A DNA stretch of 64,000 bases, from positions 2,397,867 to 2,461,866 of the forward strand of contig JBNZDD010013683.1 in NCBI GenBank assembly GCA_050575255.1, written 5' to 3'. The notes beneath the pieces are model-generated. The model searched no databases and was not told the origin of the DNA. It worked only from the letters and a program-made list of their open reading frames with translations. Shown piece by piece: positions 14,403 to 23,350 of the stretch. Position 1 is the stretch's first letter; the number at the start of each line of letters is the position of its first letter. The translations under genes were made by a program, and so were the position numbers. The stretch is from Harriotta raleighana. Taxonomy: Eukaryota.

Positions 14403-15585
14403 CTGTAGACAATCCACAAACTGTTAAAATGTGGGCACCAAAATGCAGCTCAAATTTATTTCTTAATGCATATAAGCTTCCTCCTTAGTGTGTCGAAAAC
14501 TACAGCAATCACAAACAATCCTTGGTATCAACATTTTATTTTCATTGCAGTGAAACCTTGAATAAAGGTAAAAGTGCCATCACACCAGCTACAAAGATTG
14601 TTTCATCGCAAGGATAGTACCTGTATTATAATTTGGTAGCAGATTCAGTTTTATAGTTTTCAAAGAGATTATCTAAAAACTTATTGTATAATTGATTGTC
14701 CTTTCTGAAGAGAAACACTCCCACAATTTCAAAGCATTTAGTCTTACAAGAGATAAAACTCATTCTTAACTGTGGAAGATAGATTTAAGTGACAGGCAGA
14801 TATTGGACCTCAACCAATATCAATTAGTTTGAAGATTGGCAAGTGTTGTCTAAATATTTTCAAATTCTGCTAGTTTCAGTTGATCACAGTACAATACTTA
14901 CAGGAAAAGTTTAAATTATATTATGATGTCAACTACATTTTCTGTTGAATAAAAACACTTTGGAAGTTTGATCAATTTCCTGTCCAATCGGATTGACATT
15001 TTGGAAAGCTCTGAGGAAGGATTTACTGAAACTGCAAGTCAGATGATACTAAATCTACCCTTCAATGATCTGAGTGCAGAATAAAAAAAACAAAATGAAA
15101 AGTGCTCGACACTAATGTGAATATATTGCATAAATACAGATGGTAGTTAATAGCAACTGTTTATCTTGCAGCCTGCACACTGCAGGCAAGAATTCAAAGT
15201 TTATTTTAAAATGAATAAGTTTTACTTGTTAATCACAAGCTTGAGTCTTCATTCCATTGATCATTGACAGTGCTGACTCTGGAAGATGTCAGTTACCAAC
15301 AAACAGTGAAGTTTCTTTTCCTACAACGCTGCTTTGGCAAATGTGTGTAGCATTTAATGACAGCAAATCTTGTCAATCTTCATGCAGCTATCTTTAATTT
15401 AAGGAATTTTTGATTTTGAAAACAGATTAATATTTCAATTCATATTTATAAATGTAATTTTCCAAATCGAGATTATAGACCCGTTACACTAGTTTGCAAT
15501 AATTAAATGCAATTTTCAAATTAAGTTGACAATCTAGTTTTAGGAGCTCCATACCTGATCCAGCCAAGCAATCCGCGACTGCATT

Positions 15586-15978
15586 CAATAAAAGCTGGTT
15601 TATACGACACCCAACCAACCAGAACGCCTAACCAACCGGTATCTCCCAATACAATTTACCATTCCAGCAAACTAATTTCATACCGGAGCCACCTGGGATA
15701 TTCACGAGTACACTTTGCGAATGCGCACTTATTAAATTTAAAGAACTCTGGAATTTTTATTTTACTGATCATTTTACCGAGTGTGCTAGAATGCTTTATT
15801 CGTAAGTATCCATACAATACCCTGGTATTATTTAGTCTATTATTAATATGGTATGTTTTAAAATAAGTTAATTTTTGTGTAGGATTTTCGGCAACTTGCC
15901 ACTTGAATATCCGACATATTTAATTATAATATGGCACCAATCAGATCCCGAGGGTGCCAGATAAATGAACTTTTACTG
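15586..15978. mobile_element. Tigger-like MITE, same family as 9454-9722, inverted relative to it
   Basis: Ends in gataaatgaacttttactg|ta. Internal ttatttagtctattattaatatggtatgttttaaaataagt is the reverse complement of about 9552-9595. Left end degenerate. Confidence 0.7.
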
Positions 15979-16254
15979 TATATTCAAATTGATCCACTTT
16001 GCAACAATTGTGGTACAACTTGTAGTACAACTGCTCCCAATGCAAAGCAATCCTTTTCATTTAAGATTTCCTGGGCAAATTCTCTAAAGCATTAATGTGT
16101 TTTCAATATGGGCTTCTATGAGTGAAAGCAACATTTCAAGCATTACAAAAACTATTATGAAGAAAAATAACAACAAGTTTGATTTATATAGTGCCTCCAT
16201 GCTAGACAGCATCTCAGAGTGCTTAATAGATATAAGATACAAGACATTTTTTAC

Positions 16255-16362
16255 CTTCTCATTCTTTTCCTGAACCCATTTTTTGTGCATTTCATGTGCA
16301 CGAATTGTCTTCTCTTCACATTTTTCTTGCACTTTCAAGTTTGCTTCCTTTAACATTACTTC
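16255..16362 (-). CDS. CCDC34: CCDC34 coding exon 4
   Basis: ttgcag|GAA...AAG|gtaaaa, 108 nt, phase 0-0. EVMLKEANLKVQEKCEEKTIRAHEMHKKWVQEKNEK (human recalled as HKEWVQKKNEQ). Confidence 0.92.
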
Positions 16363-17518
16363 CTGCAAAGTAAACAAGATATTTTCTCAGTAACTAGCTA
16401 AGTAACTGGGGGTTTAATCTAAGCGAATCTCCCTTGTGACAAAATTCAAAACTTTCCTGCTTGTTTGTTGTATATTTTGATCGGCTCAATCAATGTGACT
16501 GATAAAAGATGAAGAACTGCTTGATTTTTCATCCATACTTAAGCAGTACTTCATAAAGAATTTCTCTCAATTTGCATTCATAGCCAACCTCTCTACAGTT
16601 CTTTTACTCCCACTGACAAGAATGATTTGTGATCCCAATTCTATTTGGAAGTCGGTTCACGCATTTTGAGAGTCATAATTAATTCATCCCAAGTGGGCAA
16701 TTCCCATTGTATTTTAACCTTTTTGACTAGGACTAAACATAGTACAGATGAGCAGTCCCATTGTATTGTTAGGAGGGTTATTGTTTCAAGTTTCAAGTAA
16801 GCATGTGAACTGCGATAACTGTTTGGAAAGTCTCTTCGAAAAAGTTATTACTGCTACCAAAATCTCTGCAGTTAATTAAAGAATTGTGCGTTGTAACAGA
16901 ACTGATGTTGCTTTCAATAAAAAGACAAATAGACAAAAAGCAGGAAATGCCATCACAATAGAATGGAAAAGATTGTGAACTAGTTTGCAATACAAGGCCT
17001 ACAAAGTAAGGAAATTACTGTTGATATACTGCAACTGCTGTTATAATTTTATGGAACTTTATGTTGTGCACTTAGTTGAAACTATAAATAAATTTTTGAC
17101 TGGCTAAACTGGATGAGATTTACCAAGACTTTGTATATTAACTGGTTACAAAAAAACTAAATTTATCAAAAAATATAAACATTACTGTCCCATAAAGTTT
17201 GTTTGCACTACACATAAACTATGGTGTTTGATTTTTAAATAGTTCTCACAAACTTTGAAAAATGAAGATATACTTGGCTATACTAAATATGAGTACCAAC
17301 ATTCAGAAAACAGATTAACTAACGTTGTGTAAAGTTGGCAAAAGATGCCTAAGTTAGGCTGACAATATTAAGATAGAAAACTCCCAAATGAAAGTAGTGA
17401 CAATGGAGTGACATAGAGACATTCATTATTTTCTGAAAAACAGGTTACAGACTGGCTTTACATTCTATACCTGGATTTTATGTCTTCGCAAATTCATGAA
17501 AACAATTAAAGCACTTGC

Positions 17519-17648
17519 CTGATGAGATTTGTTTTGCATTTCACTACGTTCTTCCTTTGTTTTCTTTATTAGCCATTCCTCCCAAGCAGTCAGAGATATA
17601 TCTTTAAGAAGCTCGCTTCCAATTTTCTTTCTTGTGGAAGTTGTAAGT
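17519..17648 (-). CDS. CCDC34: CCDC34 coding exon 3 (GC donor)
   Basis: ccgaag|A CTT...CAT CAG|gcaagt. LTTSTRKK...LTAWEEWLIKKTKEERSEMQNKSHQ (human recalled as LTPWEVWFIGKEKEER). An alternative in-frame GT donor lies at 17470. Confidence 0.85.
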
Positions 17649-17940
17649 CTTCGGAGCAAATGCAATACAAGTATTTTATTAGAGCAACACGTGTATATAT
17701 ATACTACGTAAAACTCTTGTTGCTGACATTAAGTCAAAGAACGTAAGAATCCTTATCAATTACCTATAATAATAATCCCTGCATTTGATATAATGTCTTA
17801 TTGTGTCTTTGAACCACCTCAAAGTACAGTATATACTGTAAAGTGAATTGACTGTGAACATTAAGTGAACATAGTTTTCTCACAACCAAACAAAGAGCTA
17901 GTATATTGTATTAGCCTGTGCTAGTTGACAATAGTTGTAC

Positions 17941-18171
17941 CTGGATGTACATACTGTCCGCCTCTTTGAAGCAGTATCTGTCAGTCTGTTTCCTGCGCAT
18001 TTTGCTTTTCTGCTTAAAGCTCTAATTGGAGATTTGTTTGTAGCCTCATCCCTTTCTTCGGATTCATAGCTGTCGTGGTAAATCAGAGAAAGCAGAGAAG
18101 AGGTGGAATCTCCTGAAGAGCCAAAATTACAATTCCTGTGCTCGTCTTCTTTTCTTGACCAATTGTTTTGC
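17941..18171 (-). CDS. CCDC34: CCDC34 coding exon 2 (paralogous to coding exon 1)
   Basis: ttgtag|G CAA...TCC AG|gtacaa, 231 nt, phase 2-2, open. Contains DSTSSLLSLIYHDSYESEE. Confidence 0.75.
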
Positions 18172-18415
18172 CTACAAAGGATTGAATAATGGTTTAGAAT
18201 TTTCAATAAATTGACATGGAAAATTATATTTGATGGGGCAGCATATTATAAGCACCTGTTCAGCTATGCAAAGTGTTGCTATCCATACAACCAATGGTCA
18301 CGGTATACCATTGTCTCTTCAGGGAGCCACTTACAGGCCAAGGAGAGATGGAGAAAATCAGATGGACAAGAGTACAATCCTTTTATCTATCATGTGAAAA
18401 TATGAAGTGACCTAC

Positions 18416-18732
18416 CTGGATTCTCTTTGTATCTTTGGTGTAGAAACAGTTGGTTTATTTAAATCAGCATCTGTCCCTATACTTGAAGTAGACTCTTGCA
18501 CTCGGTCTGCAATTCTACATGTTTGCTTATTTGGAGCCTCATTTTCTTCATCTTCACTCTCGTAGCTTTCGTGGTAAATGGGAGAGATTAGGGAAGAGGT
18601 GGAATCTGCTGGAGAAGACAAATCACGACTCTTGGGCTGGATCTCTGGTTCTAACGTACAACTATGGTCATGTGAACCTGAATGGCAGGTTGTGTTTTTT
18701 GAAGTTTCCTGGTAACTTGATTCAGAAGACAT
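18416..18732 (-). CDS. CCDC34: CCDC34 coding exon 1 (start ATG at 18732; exon begins about 18758 with 5'UTR)
   Basis: Acceptor ttttaccag|; in-frame TGA two codons before the ATG; donor TCC AG|gtaggt. DSTSSLISPIYHESYESEDEE resembles the recalled human NSTRSLLSPLGHQSFQFDEDD. Confidence 0.85.
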
Positions 18733-19408
18733 TCTTCAGTTATTCCACAGAAAGTGCCCTGGTAAAAGAAGCGCAATGAATGTCAAGATAAGGCATTTGA
18801 GAGATTACACCAATTGTAACCATCTACTTTGCTTTCAAACTTTAATCAATAGTTTACCATCCTGATCCCAACCCGGGTCCAAATCTCCAACTGGCCAGCT
18901 CCTTGGGACGTCCTCCCGATGTGGAAGTTGCTATACCATTGTTATTGTTAAAGGAGTAGATAGTGTTTAGAATTTAATAATCTCAATGTGTTACAGAAAT
19001 GCCGTCAAGTGCGGCGTCTGAATCTATAGAGCCATGGTAAGGGTTGATTCTTGATTCGCACATGTAGAAACAGTAGTTTAAGAGTTGCGGGGTACAACAA
19101 CAAAATTATACTTATAAAGCACCTTTCACTTCAGGAGTAAAATGAAGATTGATTTAATTAATTTTAATAAATATTCCAGGCAGCCGTATGTCGATAAAAT
19201 GTGAAAATAGTTATATAAAATGCAAGGATTATTATTATTATTATTATTATCTTTCTGTGGCTCTCCCAGTCCCTGTTCAACAAGATATCCAGATTCAAGA
19301 AAATAACAAATCCTTTAATAATAATCCTTGCATTTGATATAGCATCTTATTACGTCTTCAAGACGTCTCAAAGCACTTCACAGAATCTGCAATGCTGCAG
19401 CGGAATTT

Positions 19409-19733
19409 GGAGCTCGTGTGGCTTAGTGGTGAGAGCACTCGCCTTACAAGCATGAGACCTGTGTTCGAATCCAGGCAGATCAGGGCAAAACCTTGGGCAA
19501 GTTTCCTTACTCCACACACCTAATAATAATCCCTCCAAAAAATCTGCAGTAGTAAAATTGGTCATTTTCAACCTATGACTGTTTGTGGGATGCTGCTGTG
19601 CGCAATTGGCTGCCGCGTTATGCCCACAAATATACAGTCAATTCACTTTACAGTATTTTCTGTGAAGCACTTTGAGACGTCGATAAGATGTGAAAAGCGC
19701 TATATCAAATGCAAGGATTATTATTATTATTAT
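19409..19733 (+). mobile_element. Full-length tRNA-derived SINE with Deu-like core and L2-type tail
   Basis: A box tggcttagtgg, B box gttcgaatcc, core gctgtgcgcaattggctgccgcg, tail gtgaaaagcgctatatcaaatgcaagg(att)n. Partial copies flank it at about 19190-19249 (+), 19317-19387 (-) and 19733-19863 (+). Confidence 0.9.
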
Positions 19734-19867
19734 AATTGGCTGCCTTGCGTTTCGCCGACAAAGTACAGGGGCGAATCATTTCACAGTGTATCCTGTGAAG
19801 GGCTTTGAGACATCTGGAAGACGTGAAAATATGCTACATCAAATGCAAGGATTATTATTATTAGAGG

Positions 19868-20797
19868 CTGAGTGAGAGTGTACGAATGAATGAGTGTATG
19901 TATGAATGAGTGACAGTAAGTGTGTGTATTGAGTGAGCGAATGAATGTGTGTGTGCAGTAAATGAGGGTCTGAGTAAGTGAGCGTGTATGTGAGTGAGTG
20001 TATGATTGAGAATAACTGAGTGAGTGACCTGCTGAGTTAATGAGTGTATGTATGAATGACTGTGTGACTGAGTGAATGACTGAGTGACTGTTTGAGTGTG
20101 TGACTGACTGAGATCTGTGTGTGACTGAGTGCATGACTGACTGTGAGTGTGTGACTGACTGAGTGACTGTGTGAGTGTGGACCTAGTAAATGACTGACTA
20201 GAGTGACTGTGTGAGTGTGTGACTGACGAGTGACTGTGTGAGTGTGTGACCTAGTGAATGACTGACTGAGTGACTGTGTGAGTGTGTGACTGACTTGAGT
20301 GACTGTGTGACCTAGTGAATGACTGACTGAGTGACTGTGTGACTGACTTGAGTGACTGTGTGAGTGTGTGACCTAGTGAATGACTGACTGAGTGACTGTG
20401 AGTGTGTGACTGAGTGCGCCTTGGGACGTCTTCCTGACATGAAACCGCTCTATAAATGCAATTTTGTTGTTGTTGTTGTTGTTGAGTGAATGACTGACTG
20501 AGTGTGTGACTGACTGTGAGTGTGTGACTGAGTGAATGACTGACTGTGAGTGTGTGACTGACTGTGAGTGTGTGACTGAGTGAATGACTGACTGAGTGTG
20601 TGACTGAGTGAATGACTGACTGTGAGTGTGTGACTGAGTGTGTGTGTGTGACTGACTGTGAGTGTGTGACTGAGTGTGTGTGTGACTGACTGAGTGTGTG
20701 ACTGAGTGTGTGAGTGTGTGACTGACTGTGAGTGTGTGACTGAGTGTGTGAGTGTGTGACTGACTGTGAGTGTGTGACTGACTGTGTGAATGTGTGA
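19868..20797. repeat. Complex TGAG/TGAC/TGTG low-complexity tandem array with embedded L2 tail (20415-20483)
   Basis: About 930 bp of shuffled tgac/tgag/tgtg/tgaa units; higher-order unit cctagtgaatgactgactgagtgactgtg repeated several times. Confidence 0.95.
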
Positions 20798-21058
20798 CCG
20801 CTGATTTCAATTCACAAAATCCTCACCTTTCCCCACCGGCGGCTTCCTGACGGGACGAGCGGCGCTTTTTACTTTATTATTATTTATTATTATTATATAT
20901 TCTCCTCATTGCTCCCCATCCCCCCCACAGCCAGGAGCTGCGGTCGGTCCCCTCATTCCTCACTCACAACCGAGGTCCCGCTCCCAAAATGGCGGCCCGC
21001 GTTAACCGTTACCCATGAGGCCACTCGGGAGATGGAGCGGTTGATGTTGTGGGTGTTT

Positions 21059-21105
<47 letters not shown>

Positions 21106-21250
21106 NGGGGCGGGGGGGTGGGGTCACGCTTCTCTCTCAGCCAATCACAGAGCGACCGTGGTTCGAGAGCGCCGACGTCGTCACCGTGGCAACGCGTCGT
21201 CACCGTGGCAACGCGTCGTCACCATAGTAACGCGTCGAGCCGCCAGGCAT
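20797..21250 (-). promoter_or_regulatory. CCDC34: CpG-rich CCDC34 promoter and probable non-coding first exon
   Basis: The most CpG-dense patch in the window. YY1 motif CAAAATGGCGGC (20985-20996), CCAAT box (21141-21145), three RFX X-boxes (21180-21231), and minus-strand donors aaag|gtgagg (20826) and gtt|gtgagt (20967), 2.1-2.2 kb upstream of the 18758 acceptor. Confidence 0.75.
21056..21123. repeat. (TG)n followed by a poly-G run containing an N (21106)
   Basis: Seen directly; run length unreliable because of the N. Confidence 0.85.
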
Positions 21251-21599
21251 CAGTGTTGGGAGCCACCCCAGTTTCTTCCCTTACCCCCTCTCTCCCCCCT
21301 CCCCCACCACCATCTTTTCAGCCCCTACTGTCCCCATTCTCCTCCCTCACTCTCCCTCCCCACCCTGGGGGCAGCCCATCCTCTCTGCTGGTCACGGTCA
21401 CCCCCGAACCTTCTTGCCGCCATTGTCTCAACTATAATAAAACAATCATCATCATAGTAATAATAATAATAATTATTATTGTTATCATTATAATCCTTGC
21501 GTTTCTTGCTGAGTGCTGTCTCATCAGCTACGGGGTGGGGGTCTCACACCGTACTGCGTGCCAGTCTGGGGAGGGTGGTGGTACCCTCGGCTCCCGAGG

Positions 21600-21670
21600 T
21601 ACAACAACAACAACAACAAAATTACATTTATAGAGCGCGTTTCACGTCAGGAGGACGTCCCAAGGCGCTG
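21600..21670 (-). mobile_element. L2-type 3' tail fragment
   Basis: (caa)n aattacatttatagagcgcgtttcacgtcaggaggacgtcccaaggcgctg. Confidence 0.8.
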
Positions 21671-21735
21671 GCAGAAGAGGTAGAAGGTTATTGGGGTTCA
21701 TTCAAGCCTCAGACAGGGATTCGGAAATACCCAGA

Positions 21736-21999
21736 TAATAATAATAATAATAATCCTTGCATTTGATGCAGCGCACTTCATTTCTTCTAGACGCCTCAAA
21801 GCGCTTCACAGAATACAGTGTCAAGTGAATTGACTTGTCTATTTGTGGGCGAAACGCAACAGTCAATTTGCGCACAGCGGTGTCCTGTAAACAGCCGTGG
21901 AGTGAAGCAATCAAATTATCATTGCATTTTTTTTTTCGGCAGGGATTATCATCAGGAGTGTGCAGTAATGAAACTTGCTCGGACCACTGAGCTGCAAGA
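21736..21999 (-). mobile_element. tRNA/Deu-SINE with internal deletion
   Basis: Tail (aat)n ccttgcatttg..., core caatttgcgcacagc, head accactgagctgcaag. Confidence 0.85.
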
Positions 22000-22399
22000 C
22001 TCCACACTGCAGTGCTTTGATCTCCCGCTTGAGCATCTACTGCACCCAGATCCCAACTCCACCAATCCATTCATTGCCCCGGGGAGCCATCTACTCCACT
22101 AATCCAACTGCCACTCCAGCTATGCACTATAATTCTACTCCATCTCTCGTGGTAAGTCTCAATTCACGCCCAGTTACTCATTCACTGATCTGTAGAAATC
22201 ACTTTTCTATTAATCTATCAAAACCATTCAAAAGGAACCCTGGCAGAAGAGAAGAGGCAAAACTTATATCCCATCATTCAGCAAATCTGTCAAACCTCAC
22301 TCGTGATAGTTTAGAAATGCAGCCCATTTTTTGCATCTCACTCAAAAATAAACACAGCTGGGTCATCTATAAACGCATTTGCAATCCGTCTGGTAAACA

Positions 22400-22600
22400 T
22401 GTCTGGACAATGAGGGTGGGTGTCCAAGACCGAGAGGTGGAGGCAGGAAAGGATTTGGGTGTGATTATCGGATCATTTACTGAAACTTTCCAGGCAAAGC
22501 GAAGCTGCTGTCAGCAAATACTAATCTTGAGGATATATCACTGCAAGTCCAAATAACTTGAAGAATTTAGATAAGTGTTGAACAGTGGGAGAAATATATG
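22400..22600 (+). mobile_element. CR1 LINE ORF2 fragment, degenerate
   Basis: Translates KDLGVII followed by frameshifted AAVSK..LILRI, typical of the CR1 ORF2 region downstream of the RT core. Confidence 0.55.
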
Positions 22601-22760
22601 GCTGACGTGTTCATCAAAATAAGCTGTTTCAATGTTGAAGAATGGAACACTTTTATTTAAAGCTTCCAGCAAATAACAATGTTGTCCAAACAGCAAAATC
22701 CTAACATTGGCCAGACAAATTGTGAGATCTGCTCCTTGGAAGGAAGGAAATATATACAGT

Positions 22761-23056
22761 ATAATAATCTTTACATTTTGATATAGTGCTTTTCACTTCT
22801 TCTAGACGTCTCAAAGTGCTTCACAGAATGTCCTGTAAAATGAATTGATTGTATATTTATGGGCCAAACGTGGCAGTCAATTGTGCATAGCAGTGTCCTA
22901 CCAATAGTTGTGGATTGAATTTTATTATTGGGGGGGGGGGGGGGATTATTATTAGGCATGTGGAGTAAGAAAACTTGCCCAAAATTTCGCCATGGATTTG
23001 AACACAGGTCTCACACTTGTAAGGCGAATGCTCTAACCACTGAGCTACAGGACTCC
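22761..23056 (-). mobile_element. Full-length tRNA/Deu-SINE
   Basis: Reverse complement of the 19409/28138 element, including A and B boxes. Confidence 0.9.
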
Positions 23057-23124
23057 CAAATCTTCCTGGGTTGATGTCATTCATGCCCTTGCACTTGACA
23101 ACACCAGGAATAAAAATCAAGGTC

Positions 23125-23350
23125 AAAAACAGAAATCGCTGGCCCATCGTCAGAACCCTGACAAAGTGATTTCTGACAAAGGGTTGTGGTCCTAAAACAC
23201 TGACTCACTTTTCCTTTCTCCATAGATGCTGCCTGACCTGCTGAGTGTTCCCAGCGATTTCTGTTTTAGTTTCAGATTTCCCGCATCTGCAGTATTTTGC
23301 GTTTTATTAATATAAAAAATTTCCAGCATCTGCAGTATTTTGTGTTTTTT
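23125..23350 (+). mobile_element. Penelope-type palindromic non-autonomous repeat
   Basis: Perfect 17-bp arms aaaacagaaatcgctgg / ccagcgatttctgtttt; internal atgctgcctgacctgctgag; inner inverted pair cccatcgtcagaa / ttctgacaaaggg. Family assignment is from recall of shark repeats. Confidence 0.6.

Noticed and set aside
19781-20810. His/Ser/Thr-rich minus-strand ORFs
   Set aside because: Translations of the simple-repeat array and an embedded L2 tail.
21073-21123. Poly-G run as a promoter G-quadruplex or poly-Gly/poly-Pro coding tract
   Set aside because: Contains an N, so the length is probably a sequencing or gap artefact. Some G-richness may be real but cannot be measured here.
21176-21236. 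19-bp repeat as a CRISPR-like array
   Set aside because: No unique spacers and a eukaryotic context; explained by X-box repetition.
20909-21633. Long plus-strand ORFs (182 and 194 aa) over the CpG island as a divergent gene
   Set aside because: Low-complexity, non-ATG starts, span the N, and open only because GC-rich and simple repeats lack stops.
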